Source: Candidatus Altimarinota bacterium (GTDB lineage: Bacteria; Patescibacteriota; Gracilibacteria; UBA1369). From it: DNA of 32,000 bases. The notes beneath the pieces are model-generated. The model was not told the DNA's origin and did not search any database. It saw only the letters and a list, made by a program, of their open reading frames with translations. Below are positions 1 to 8,743 of the stretch, in pieces. The number at the start of each line of letters is the position of its first letter. The stretch's first letter is position 1. The DNA lies in the NCBI GenBank assembly GCA_041659405.1, contig JBAZYK010000005.1, forward strand, positions 61,796 to 93,795, written 5' to 3'. Both the position numbers and the translations under genes were made by a program.

Positions 1-118
1 TAGCCTTAGACCACATTGCGACCATTCTATGGATTTTCAAGGATGACCACCGCTTGGCGGGGTCTTGGACAAGTCCAGGTTGCTATTCACCGACGTTGAA
101 ATATTAATCCTTGATGTG

Positions 119-158
119 AAAAAATTAAAGCTAAAATTAGGCCCCGCTGCGGCGGGGC
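119..158 (-). terminator. Rho-independent terminator candidate for the 188..1654 (-) gene
   Basis: Perfect 7-bp GC stem GCCCCGC (141-147) / GCGGGGC (152-158) with a 4-nt loop, about 30 nt past the stop codon. On the minus strand the stem is followed by a U-rich tail (CUAAUUUUAGCUUUAAUUUUUU). Confidence 0.6.
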
Positions 159-187
159 TTAAGAAAAAGCAAAGATCAAATTTCAAT

Positions 188-1654
188 TTATAAAACCTGC
201 ACCGCGCCACGCCCCCGAAGAGCAACATCCCGATTATCGGGATCGGCCCAATCGAAGGCGACCTGACGACGCTCCGGATCGAAATAACCGTAGGCGAATT
301 TACTTATTTTAGAATTATGTTCTTGATTGAACATCGTCACTGTTTCTTGTGGCTGATCGTAAAAATCAATAATATGTTTTCCCGGATTTGACTCCCCATT
401 CTTCTTTGCTTTCGCATAGGCACGCAGTGAGCGTTGCATGCCCATGGCATACTGATGGTCGTGTATAAGCTCCATTCCCTGTTCCTTGAAGTAGCTTTCA
501 CAAACGCGTAGCTGTTCATCATTGCGCTGTTTTCTGGGTTGCTGCCCCGGAACAACCGCCGGACTTTGAACCATATCGACAATGCTGACGCCGACCTTTT
601 TAGGACCTTCGGGCCATTCATAATCAGTTGCAAAATAAGCTCTATGCTGCTGCTCATAATGGCGATTTACATCCAAATCCATATCATCCTTCATTTCAGC
701 AAAAGATTTATTGGCGGGTTCAATAATCAGTTCAGGTTTACCCATAATGGATGCTATCTTTTCAAGCTTTTTCGTACCCAGTTTTAAAATATTGGCAATA
801 ACCTCTTCTTTGGAAGGCGCGACAATGTCCGGATCAAACTCTCTGGCCGTGGCAAGGGCTTCTTCATATCCACTGACAACACTAAGAAGTTTTTCTTTTT
901 GTTCCGTGGTTAAACGGAGGCGATCAACGAATTGCTGATAATCTTTTTCTAATTTTGCTTCCACTGCTTTTTTAAAATATTCTCCATATGCGATTGGCCC
1001 GGTAGTTTCTATGCTTTTTGCGACACCATGACCAGCGCCTACCTCTGCTTTTGCACCCTGATTCGCCAATTCCAATACACGGGCAGATCTTTTAGCCACA
1101 AACTCACGAATATCAACAATTTTTCCTGTCTGATCAAGCTTTTCTTCCTGTTGCTGCAACGATCTGCGACCTTCAGCATCAAGCTTTGCCATTTTTTCAT
1201 CCCGCTCCGCTATGAGTTTCTCAAGCTGTTGCTGCACATGAAGAGTTTCGACGGCAATGTGCTTCTTCTCTGCTGTTGAAAGTACTGTGGGTTCGATTTT
1301 TTTAGATTTTGGCTCAGGTCGATCAACCAGCCATCGTGCGATTTTTAAAGGTGACTTGCTTAAGCTCAAAGCAACCCTTTTATGCCATGGAGATGCGGGT
1401 TTTTGCACCATGGGTATTTCCGGACTTTGAGGTTCATCTTCCAGACTTTCCATCAAATATTCATAATCATGGTGAAGGAGCTCAATCCTGGTTTCTAGAG
1501 CCATAATATCCTCCAATAGTTTTGATTGCTCGGCTTGAGTTAAAGAACCAGCAGTTTGATTTTTTTCGCCGGCTTGTGCGGTTTTCTGACCTTTTTCTCC
1601 TTCAGAATCTGAAACAGATAGATCGCCTGAATCCGCAGTATGTGGTTTTCCCAT
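188..1654 (-). CDS. Hypothetical protein. N-terminal acidic and coiled-coil region, unrecognised C-terminal globular domain.
   Basis: 488-aa ORF with an ATG start, uninterrupted and followed by a terminator hairpin. Heptad-like E/K/L/Q-rich stretches (e.g. QQQLEKLIAERDEKMAKLDAEGRRSLQQQEEKL). I recognise no family motif. Confidence 0.6.
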   Translation of the reverse strand: MGKPHTADSGDLSVSDSEGEKGQKTAQAGEKNQTAGSLTQAEQSKLLEDIMALETRIELLHHDYEYLMESLEDEPQSPEIPMVQKPASPWHKRVALSLSKSPLKIARWLVDRPEPKSKKIEPTVLSTAEKKHIAVETLHVQQQLEKLIAERDEKMAKLDAEGRRSLQQQEEKLDQTGKIVDIREFVAKRSARVLELANQGAKAEVGAGHGVAKSIETTGPIAYGEYFKKAVEAKLEKDYQQFVDRLRLTTEQKEKLLSVVSGYEEALATAREFDPDIVAPSKEEVIANILKLGTKKLEKIASIMGKPELIIEPANKSFAEMKDDMDLDVNRHYEQQHRAYFATDYEWPEGPKKVGVSIVDMVQSPAVVPGQQPRKQRNDEQLRVCESYFKEQGMELIHDHQYAMGMQRSLRAYAKAKKNGESNPGKHIIDFYDQPQETVTMFNQEHNSKISKFAYGYFDPERRQVAFDWADPDNRDVALRGRGAVQVL

Positions 1655-1717
1655 AATTGTTTGTTTTAAGATTTCTGCTTATTATAGCATTTTTGGCTGT
1701 AATATGCCATGCAAAAT

Positions 1718-3094
1718 CTAAAAAATCATGATCAAATCCCCTAAATTAGTTCCGGTTGGGCCGGTTTTGATGAGGCCGTTTGTTTTTTTGAAAAAAGTGT
1801 AGGAGTCGTTGCGATTTAAAAAGTCGTCGATTTTTAAGTGTTGTTTTTGGGCTGACTGTAAAATGGCTTGATGGCCGATCGCTCCGGCGATTGGCTCGGG
1901 ACAGATGCCATCAACGCCGTCGGTGCCAATTGAAAGGATGCAGTAATTGGAAAGTGCAGAATCCGCAGAAGTGTTTTTTTTAAATTCGTTTTTGGCCTGC
2001 AAGTATTTGAGTCCGCTTAAGACAAATTCCTGATTTCGGCCGCCGTTGCCTTTGCCTTTGCAGGTAACGGTGGTTTCTCCGCTGGCGATGAAGATATGCT
2101 TTTGAGATGTTTTTGAATCTGTCCCCAGTTTTGTTTTTATTTTTTTGATGATGGTTGGCGCAACTTTTCTCGCTTCACCCTGGATTAATTTTTTTGAAGA
2201 TGTGACTTTAAGGCCAAGCTCTTTTGCTCTTTCTTCTGCTACTTTTAGAGCAGTAAAGTGGTCGGCGATGATGTCCACATGAACCTTTTTAAAGATTTGC
2301 GATTGCGGACTTAAGGAGCTCCCTCCGTTCGCGCTGGCAATAGGCACTTTGTGCGTGTTGGAACTTTTGGATTTTGCAGCTTTTCGTTCTTGTAAAATTT
2401 TCAGCACTTTCTTTGGTACTTCGATTTTGTATTTTTTTAAAATATTTAAGGCACCCTGTGGAGTTGATTTATCGCTTGAAATAGGGCCGGAAGCGATTAA
2501 ACTTAAATCGTTGCCGATGACATCGGAAATCACCAATCCCCAAACGGTTGCAGGATATAAAATTTCGGCAAAATGGCCACCTTTAACCTGTGAAAGCTGT
2601 TTTCGGACTGTGTTGAGTTCTTGAATTGGCGCACCAGCTTTTAAAAGTTGATTAGTAATTTTAATTTCATCATTCAAAGTTATACCCGTAAGTGGGGCCA
2701 CAAACATTGCTGATCCTCCTCCGCTTATTAACACAATCGCCAAATCATTTTTGGTTAATTTTTTGGCACTGGAAATTATTTTTTTGGTTTTATTAAGACC
2801 GGCTTTGGTTGGCAAAGGATGGCCTTCATCTGCCAATAAAATAATATCCGGTTTTCGATTGTGATATTTTTTGAGTGATTTTTCGCTTGCCTTAGCCATT
2901 TGCCTGGCTGCTTTCCCAATCGCAAAAATGGCAATTTTTTCAAAACCACTTAAATCTTTTTTTTCAAAAAAATCCCCAATTAAATTTTCCGGCGAAATCT
3001 TCTCCAAAACAAAATCAACAATATCCAGCATGATACCGGCTTTTTCGGCAACCCCTTGCGGTAAATCCAGTAACAATTTTGTCCTATTAATCAT
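1718..3094 (-). CDS. Glycerate 2-kinase / hydroxypyruvate-reductase-like protein (MOFRL family, DUF4147 + MOFRL domains)
   Basis: Family-typical motifs: FAIGKAARQMA near the N-terminus, VLISGGGSAMF, SGETTV..GKGNGGRNQEF, and GTDGVDG near the C-terminus. The start is set at ATG 3094 (MINRTK...), which puts the GKAA motif about 60 aa in, as expected for the family. The longest ORF (start 3196) would read through the hairpin repeat at 3127-3202, so the start is ambiguous. Confidence 0.8.
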   Translation of the reverse strand: MINRTKLLLDLPQGVAEKAGIMLDIVDFVLEKISPENLIGDFFEKKDLSGFEKIAIFAIGKAARQMAKASEKSLKKYHNRKPDIILLADEGHPLPTKAGLNKTKKIISSAKKLTKNDLAIVLISGGGSAMFVAPLTGITLNDEIKITNQLLKAGAPIQELNTVRKQLSQVKGGHFAEILYPATVWGLVISDVIGNDLSLIASGPISSDKSTPQGALNILKKYKIEVPKKVLKILQERKAAKSKSSNTHKVPIASANGGSSLSPQSQIFKKVHVDIIADHFTALKVAEERAKELGLKVTSSKKLIQGEARKVAPTIIKKIKTKLGTDSKTSQKHIFIASGETTVTCKGKGNGGRNQEFVLSGLKYLQAKNEFKKNTSADSALSNYCILSIGTDGVDGICPEPIAGAIGHQAILQSAQKQHLKIDDFLNRNDSYTFFKKTNGLIKTGPTGTNLGDLIMIF

Positions 3095-3126
3095 ATATTT
3101 TTTGAAATTTCGAGCATATCTTTTCA

Positions 3127-3202
3127 GAACTAATGGGAATATTTTTCTGAACACATCCGGGGTAGGGGCCCTGTGTGTTCGGAAAAATATTCCCATTAGT
3201 TC
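3127..3202 (-). repeat. Conserved-loop hairpin element, copy A (stem about 29 bp with 1 mismatch; 18-nt loop)
   Basis: Arms 3127-3155 and 3174-3202 are reverse complements (29 nt, one mismatch). The loop 3156-3173 reads CAGGGCCCCTACCCCGGA on the minus strand, identical to the loops at 12895-12912 and 14889-14906. The element is co-oriented with the flanking minus-strand genes. Confidence 0.85.
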
Positions 3203-4176
3203 TTGATTTGCTCCTTATTCACGCAAAATTCCGGCATGCGGCCTTCAAGCGCATCAATCAGGTTTTGCGCTGCCATTTCGGCCATTTTATTTCTGGACCA
3301 TAAAGTGGCGCTGGCAATGTGTGGCACAATTACCGCATTTGGAAGCTCTGTAAGTCCCGGTTCAAGTGCCGGTTCATTTTCAAAAACATCCAAACCTGCG
3401 GCGAAAATCTTGCGCTCCTTTAAAGCTACCACCAAGGCTTTTTCGTCTACCACAGGCCCGCGCGAGGTGTTAATCAAAATGCAATTTGGTTTCATTTTGC
3501 CAAATTCTTTTTCACCAATTAAATGATGAGTTTCCTCGCTCAAATTTACATGCACAGAAATAAAATCGCTTTCTTTAAGCAAAGTTTCCAGATCAACTTT
3601 TTTTGCTCCGGTTTCTTTTTCCAATGATTCATTTCCTGATCGATCGACATACAAAATTTTCATGCCAAATCCTTTAGCCATTTTTATGGCTACATTACTG
3701 CCAATTCGCCCTGCTCCAACAATTCCAAGAGTTTTTCCGGTTACGTCCTGTCCCAAAAATAGAAGTGGGCCCCAGGCTTTAAATTTTCCTTCACGAGTGA
3801 ATTTGTCCGATTCCACAATTCTGCGAGCGCAGGAAAACAGCAAAGCAATCGCCAAATCCGCGGTGGCATCTGTTAAAACTCCGGGAGTGTTTGTTACCAT
3901 AATGTTTCTTTTACTCGCCGCCGCAACATCAATATTATTAAATCCGACGGCATAGTTGGAAATCACTTTCAATTGTGGGCCGATTAAAGCCATTATTTCA
4001 TCATCAATCGGATCGGTTAAAAGTGACAAAATAGCATCGCAACCTTTAACTTTTGCAATTAATTCTTCACGATCCAAAACACGATCTTCGGTATTCATTT
4101 CAAAACCTGGAAATTTTTGGCGTAAAAGTTGTAGTCCCGCTTCCGGAATTTCTCGTGTGACGTAAATTTTTGGCAT
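3196..4176 (-). CDS. D-isomer-specific 2-hydroxyacid dehydrogenase (glyoxylate / hydroxypyruvate reductase type)
   Basis: NAD-binding fingerprint GIVGAGRIGSNVA. Family-typical segments include NTPGVLTDATADLA, INTSRGPVVDE, AGLDVFENEP and VIVPHIASAT. The start is set at ATG 4176 (MPKIYVTREIP...). The longer ORF to 4275 begins with TTG and overlaps the upstream gene by 32 nt. Confidence 0.85.
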   Translation of the reverse strand: MPKIYVTREIPEAGLQLLRQKFPGFEMNTEDRVLDREELIAKVKGCDAILSLLTDPIDDEIMALIGPQLKVISNYAVGFNNIDVAAASKRNIMVTNTPGVLTDATADLAIALLFSCARRIVESDKFTREGKFKAWGPLLFLGQDVTGKTLGIVGAGRIGSNVAIKMAKGFGMKILYVDRSGNESLEKETGAKKVDLETLLKESDFISVHVNLSEETHHLIGEKEFGKMKPNCILINTSRGPVVDEKALVVALKERKIFAAGLDVFENEPALEPGLTELPNAVIVPHIASATLWSRNKMAEMAAQNLIDALEGRMPEFCVNKEQIKN

Positions 4177-4243
4177 GGCGATTGGATTATAATAAGATCG
4201 TTTTTGAAATTTTGGAATAAATCTCGGCAGTAAGCCATAAAAC

Positions 4244-5458
4244 CTAGGCCGCAACCGGAGTATAAATCTTTTCAATGTATTCTTTCATTCTGCGCATTCC
4301 TTCCATAATGTCTTTTTCGGAAGATACATAAGAGAAGCGAATATAGCCTTCACCATGCACTCCAAAGGCTGTTCCCGGTAAAATTACCACATGAGCCTCA
4401 CGCATAATTTTATCTGCAAGCTCGGAAGCATTTAGGCCAAGTGCCTTAAGTATGGGCTTCACATTCACAAAAAGATAGAATGCGCCTTTTGGAACTTTAC
4501 AACTGAATCCGGGAACTTCATTAACCAAACTCACCAAAAGATCACGACGTTTGCGATATTCTTCTCGCATAATTCCTACGGCTTCCTGAGGGCCGGAAAG
4601 CGCTTCCATTCCTGCAAGTTGAACCATCGCCGCCGTGCAGGAAACATCATTAATAATCAACTGTTCCAAAATTTGAGCCATTTGACGATTCTTGGTTATT
4701 GCCCAACCCAAGCGCCAACCGGTCATAGCATAAGACTTGGAACATCCATTTAAAATCACCGTTCTTGCAGGCAAACCTTTAAAACTGGTGATTGAAGTAT
4801 GCTCACCTTCGTATAAAATCTGATCGTAAATTTCGTCTGACAGAACCCATAAATCATGCTTAACCGCAAGTTCGGCAATACCCTGTAAAATTTCGCGCTT
4901 TAAAACTCCACCGGTTGGATTTTGAGGAGAATTGATAATAATTAGTTTAGTTTTTGGCGTGATGAGTTTTTCCAGATCAGAAAGCAGAAAATTAAAATCC
5001 TGTTCTTCCAAAAGTGGCAATGGAACAGAAGTTCCTCCCAAATAATTAACGACGGATTCGTAAATCGGGAAGCCCGGATTTGGAATAATGACCTCGTCGC
5101 CCGCATCGATCAAAGCGTTGATCATGTGAAACATTACCGGTTTTGCGCCCGGCATAACCACAACATCGTCCATTGTAAATGGTTCGCAGGAACGAGCCGA
5201 ATATTTTTCGGCAATTAATTTTCTAAAATCCGGGATCCCGGGTGAAGCTGTGTAGTGCGTTTGATTTGCCTGAATTGCTTTGATGCCAGCCTGTTTAATA
5301 TTTTCAGGAGTATCAAAAGCCGGCTCGCCAATTTGCAAATAAACCAGTTTTTGGCCCTTGGGTTCCAGCTCTTCCCTTTCAAACTTTTTGGCCTTAGAGA
5401 TCACCGAAAAAGCATTCTCTGTACCCAAATGAGGGATGCGCGTAGAAAAATTTTTCAT
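4244..5458 (-). CDS. Class I/II pyridoxal-phosphate-dependent aminotransferase (aspartate-aminotransferase-like)
   Basis: Typical motifs: YTASPGIPDFR, INSPQNPTGG, and the PLP-lysine region GCSKSYAMTGWRLGW, with IRFSY near the C-terminus. 404 aa, ATG start. Confidence 0.85.
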   Translation of the reverse strand: MKNFSTRIPHLGTENAFSVISKAKKFEREELEPKGQKLVYLQIGEPAFDTPENIKQAGIKAIQANQTHYTASPGIPDFRKLIAEKYSARSCEPFTMDDVVVMPGAKPVMFHMINALIDAGDEVIIPNPGFPIYESVVNYLGGTSVPLPLLEEQDFNFLLSDLEKLITPKTKLIIINSPQNPTGGVLKREILQGIAELAVKHDLWVLSDEIYDQILYEGEHTSITSFKGLPARTVILNGCSKSYAMTGWRLGWAITKNRQMAQILEQLIINDVSCTAAMVQLAGMEALSGPQEAVGIMREEYRKRRDLLVSLVNEVPGFSCKVPKGAFYLFVNVKPILKALGLNASELADKIMREAHVVILPGTAFGVHGEGYIRFSYVSSEKDIMEGMRRMKEYIEKIYTPVAA

Positions 5459-5543
5459 AAGCTTTTGTTAAAAATTCTTTTACTTTTCTTTTACCTTCTT
5501 TGGAATTTTTTATCAAATCATTATCAAATTATAAATAAATTAT

Positions 5544-5572
5544 TTGTTTGAAAATGCTTTCTGACATACAAT
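5544..5572 (+). promoter_or_regulatory. Candidate sigma-70-type promoter for the 5601 (+) gene
   Basis: TTGTTT (5544-5549), a 17-nt spacer, then TACAAT (5567-5572), about 29 nt upstream of the ATG. It lies in the AT-rich divergent intergenic region 5459-5600. Confidence 0.3.
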
Positions 5573-5600
5573 AAAGGCGCTATATGCTTTTTCATTTTTT

Positions 5601-6566
5601 ATGCCGAAAAAAACAACAAAAAAAATCAAAAGAAAAGATACATATCCGTCATTTCTTATAACGCTGCTTTCGATCCTGGTGATCCTGCTTATAATGATGG
5701 TTTCCTATTTTGCAAAGCCGGCCGATCAAACTGCAAATAATGGAATTCAGGCTACGGAAAGCGGAAATATCTCTGCAACTCAAAACACGCAAACGGCGGT
5801 TCAAACGCAAACCCAGACTCAACCTAAAACCCAAGCCGGCTCTACCGTTACTCAGGGAGCAGGGGCCGTTTTGGCAAACACCCGCGTGAAATATAAGATT
5901 GATCATTTTAAAAAACTGGATCGCCAACCTTTGGAATTCCAAGTTTTTGATGCAAAAAACAAACTGATTACGCCAAATGATTTAAAAATTGTGAATCAGG
6001 CAAAACTGCAGTTGGTTGTGATTTCTTCCAATCTGAAAGAATTTCAAAGTTTAAAACCGGCTTTCCAAAGCGGCAAATGGCTTACCGCTGCCAACTTACC
6101 CACGGCCGGAAGTTATAATGCTTACGTAATTTACACACCGGTAACCGGACATGAAGAAATTTTGCGCAGTGAACTTGTGGTTCAAAACCCAAGTACAGGA
6201 TCTCCTTATCCAGGATTAACTACGGAATTAAAAACAGCCATCGGTGATTATTTTGCGCAACTTTCCGTGCAGAAACCGGTTATTTTCCAACAAACTCAGT
6301 TGACCTTTAATTTAACCAATAAAAACGGAACACCAGCTACCAATTTAATGTCTTTGTTTGGCGAATTTGGGCATCTGGTAATGGTTCGTGAAGGTGATCC
6401 GGATACATTGATTAATTTGGGTTCCGCTTCCAGTGACACTAAAAAAGGGTTGGTTCAATTTGTAACTTCTTTTGCTAAAGACGGCCGTTATGTGGCTTTT
6501 GCACAGTTTAAATTGGGTCTAAAGACTTTGGTCTTCCCAATAGTATTTGAGATTAAAAATTCATAA
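5601..6566 (+). CDS. Membrane-anchored extracytoplasmic protein, hypothetical
   Basis: Basic N-terminus (KKTTKKIKRK) followed by one hydrophobic helix (FLITLLSILVILLIMMVSYF), then a T/Q-rich linker (TQTQTQPKTQ) and a beta-rich globular region. No recognised family. Confidence 0.6.
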   Translation: MPKKTTKKIKRKDTYPSFLITLLSILVILLIMMVSYFAKPADQTANNGIQATESGNISATQNTQTAVQTQTQTQPKTQAGSTVTQGAGAVLANTRVKYKIDHFKKLDRQPLEFQVFDAKNKLITPNDLKIVNQAKLQLVVISSNLKEFQSLKPAFQSGKWLTAANLPTAGSYNAYVIYTPVTGHEEILRSELVVQNPSTGSPYPGLTTELKTAIGDYFAQLSVQKPVIFQQTQLTFNLTNKNGTPATNLMSLFGEFGHLVMVREGDPDTLINLGSASSDTKKGLVQFVTSFAKDGRYVAFAQFKLGLKTLVFPIVFEIKNS

Positions 6567-6571
6567 AACCT

Positions 6572-7351
6572 ATGCTTTTCTTTATTTTTTCGTTATTGGT
6601 GGGGGTGGTTTTGTTTCTTGCGCCACTCATAATTTCTAAGCGACTAAGCCAAAAATGGCAGATCGACCGAAAAATCTTTTGGCGCGCCGGAATTTTCCAT
6701 GCCTTTATAATGCTGATTTATTTGTCCGTTCTTAGCAATTTGGAGGCGGTTTTTCCGGGCATTAATAATCTTGGTGAAGTTTGGCAAAGCCTGATAGCCG
6801 CAGCAATTACGGGGCTTTTTATAGAGCTTGGCAGATTTGTGGTACTGGATCGCTTTATGAAAAATGTCCGATCATCCAAAGAAGCAATTTATTTTGGATT
6901 TAGCTGGGCGGGCTTTTATGCCGTGGTTATCGGGATTTTTACCATTATCAATTCCTTTGGAATGTATTATCTGATGAATACCTCGAATATTGCCGCACAG
7001 TTTCCTCAGGCTACACCGGAGCAAATCCAACTGCTTGAAGAAGCCAAAAAACAGTCTACCGAAGATGCGCAAAAACCTTATATGGCCTTTGCGCCTTTAA
7101 TTGAAAACGCGAGTTTAATCATGATTGATGTTGCCATGACGCTTTTGATTTTGTTGGCAATTACAAAACCACTTACCCGCTTTGTGTGGCTTGCTGTAGG
7201 GTTTAAAGTCCTTGCCAATTTTGGAAGCTTTGCCTTGGCAAATGTTAATATTTTCCTGAGTGAAGCGAGTTTAATTTTATTTGCGGTGCTTAGTTACTTC
7301 CTAATTAAGCTTTTGCTGAAAAATTTTGTTCGTCCCACTTCTTTGCTTTAA
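6572..7351 (+). CDS. Polytopic membrane protein, possibly YhfC/DUF2324-like (tentative)
   Basis: About 6-7 hydrophobic segments. The motif GLFIELGRFVV resembles the ExxGR helix of YhfC/CPBP-type intramembrane proteins, but I cannot verify the rest of the signature. It starts 5 nt after the upstream gene. Confidence 0.55.
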   Translation: MLFFIFSLLVGVVLFLAPLIISKRLSQKWQIDRKIFWRAGIFHAFIMLIYLSVLSNLEAVFPGINNLGEVWQSLIAAAITGLFIELGRFVVLDRFMKNVRSSKEAIYFGFSWAGFYAVVIGIFTIINSFGMYYLMNTSNIAAQFPQATPEQIQLLEEAKKQSTEDAQKPYMAFAPLIENASLIMIDVAMTLLILLAITKPLTRFVWLAVGFKVLANFGSFALANVNIFLSEASLILFAVLSYFLIKLLLKNFVRPTSLL

Positions 7352-8024
7352 GAGCTTCATGCGCAGCTTCCTGTTCGGCTTTTTGCTTACTTGAACCGTT
7401 GCCCTCGGCTATCAACTCTTCGCCAACGTAAGCCGCCATAGTGAAGACCTTATCGTGATCCGGTCCTTCTTCTTTTATTACACGGTATTCTGGCGTGATT
7501 CCAAGTAAATCCTGCGACATTTCCTGGAATTGAGATTTTGCATCAATGTGTGAACCTTTTTTAAGGATTTCTTCCAGGCGCTTTAAGATAAATTCATCAA
7601 TAAAACCATGAGCCTCTTTATAACCCTGATCCAAATAAATCCCTCCAATTAAAGCTTCCAGCGTGTTGGCCAAAATGTAATTCTTTTTGCGACCACCGGA
7701 TTTTTCTTCTCCGCGGCTTAAATAAAGGTAAACTCCCAAATTAAGTTCATTTGAAATTTCCGCCAGATGTTTCCCCTTTACCAAAGCTGAGCGCCAATTG
7801 GTTAAAACACCTTCCGGTTCAGTGGGATAATTTTTATATAGAAATTCCGTAACCACCAATTCCAGCACGGCATCACCTAAAAACTCCAATCTTTCGTTGA
7901 ACTCTATTTTCTTATCCTTATGCTCGTTTACGTATGATTTATGAACAAAAGCAAGTTCTAAAAGTTTTTTATCTTTGAAAACAATGTTGATCTTTTTTTC
8001 GAGTTCTTCGTAACGGTTTAGCAC
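7305..8024 (-). CDS. rnc: Ribonuclease III
   Basis: RNase III signature ERLEFLGDAVLELVV, followed by NTLEALIGGIYLD and a C-terminal dsRBD-like region (FTMAAYVGEELIAEGNGSSKQKAEQEAAHEAL). Apparent GTG start at 8024. Confidence 0.9.
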   Translation of the reverse strand: MLNRYEELEKKINIVFKDKKLLELAFVHKSYVNEHKDKKIEFNERLEFLGDAVLELVVTEFLYKNYPTEPEGVLTNWRSALVKGKHLAEISNELNLGVYLYLSRGEEKSGGRKKNYILANTLEALIGGIYLDQGYKEAHGFIDEFILKRLEEILKKGSHIDAKSQFQEMSQDLLGITPEYRVIKEEGPDHDKVFTMAAYVGEELIAEGNGSSKQKAEQEAAHEALKAKKWDEQNFSAKA

Positions 8025-8040
8025 AATTGATAATTAATAT

Positions 8041-8463
8041 TTATTTAACACTTTCCGTGCGATATTTATGCATCACGGTGCTCAAAACTCCATTTACAAA
8101 TTTTGGAGAATTCACATCACCGAAACTTTTGGCAACTTCCACAGCCTCGTTTATGGCAACAATTGGAGGAACATCGGTCGAATAAAGAATTTCATAAATG
8201 CCAATTTCCAAAATCGCACGATCCACCGGGGCGATCTTGTCGATTGGCCATTGAGGAGCCTCTTCTTTTATAACTTCTAAAATATCCTGCTGTTTAGACA
8301 GAACATTTTTTAGAAGTTCCTTCACAAAGGTAAGGTCTTTTAAACGATCGGCGTATTCCCGCAAATTGTAAGCCAAAATACTATCAGCATCACCCCCACG
8401 AAATTCGTAGGCGAAGATGGTTTGCATAACAGCAATACGGGCTAAATGGCGATAACTGGCCAT
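8041..8463 (-). CDS. nusB: Transcription antitermination factor NusB
   Basis: 140 aa. Starts RHLARIAVMQTIFAYEF, then DRAILEIGIYEILY, PPIVAINEAVEVAK and KFVNGVL, matching the typical NusB pattern and size. Confidence 0.85.
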   Translation of the reverse strand: MASYRHLARIAVMQTIFAYEFRGGDADSILAYNLREYADRLKDLTFVKELLKNVLSKQQDILEVIKEEAPQWPIDKIAPVDRAILEIGIYEILYSTDVPPIVAINEAVEVAKSFGDVNSPKFVNGVLSTVMHKYRTESVK

Positions 8464-8470
8464 GGGTAAA

Positions 8471-8707
8471 TTAAGCTTTTACTTTGGTGATTTTGTCGAT
8501 TTTCTTGCCCATATCAATGATCTTCTTCTCGTTATAAAAACCACAATTTGCACATGCAAAGTGGTTCAATTTTTTCTCTTTGCAGTGTGGGCAATCATTA
8601 AGATTTACAATGCCTTGAAGTTTGACTTGAGTATGGTAGGTAAAACTATGATAACGCTTACCTGAACGGCCTTTAGAGGTTTTATACTTGGGTACGGGAT
8701 GCTTCAT
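8471..8707 (-). CDS. rpmF: 50S ribosomal protein L32
   Basis: N-terminus PVPKYKTSKGRSGKRYH and a CxxC...CxxC zinc ribbon (CPHC ... CANCGFY). It sits immediately downstream of a yceD-like gene, the conserved yceD-rpmF arrangement. Confidence 0.85.
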   Translation of the reverse strand: MKHPVPKYKTSKGRSGKRYHSFTYHTQVKLQGIVNLNDCPHCKEKKLNHFACANCGFYNEKKIIDMGKKIDKITKVKA

Positions 8708-8743
8708 TTTTAATTAATAATTAATTATTTTGTAATTGTGAGT

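Noticed and set aside
3-107. Open frame entering from the left edge on the plus strand (ALDHIATILWIFKDDHRLAGSWTSPGCYSPTLKY*), possibly the 3' end of a convergent gene. The same region contains local inverted repeats (TCAAGGAT at 37-44 and ATCCTTGA at 107-114).
   Set aside because: With only 34 codons and no recognisable motif, I cannot distinguish coding sequence from a structured non-coding region. It is not reported as a feature.
37-228. 63-aa minus-strand ORF from the track
   Set aside because: It overlaps the 3' end of the 188..1654 gene and runs through the terminator hairpin. It has odd composition and no support, so it is treated as spurious.
3095-3196. Longest-ORF start (ATG 3196) for the glycerate kinase, and the TTG 4275 start for the reductase
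   Set aside because: The 3196 start forces translation through the hairpin repeat and lengthens the N-terminus beyond the family norm. The 4275 start is a TTG overlapping the aminotransferase gene, while ATG 4176 gives a typical MPKIYVTR N-terminus. Some ambiguity remains for 3196, as noted in the findings.
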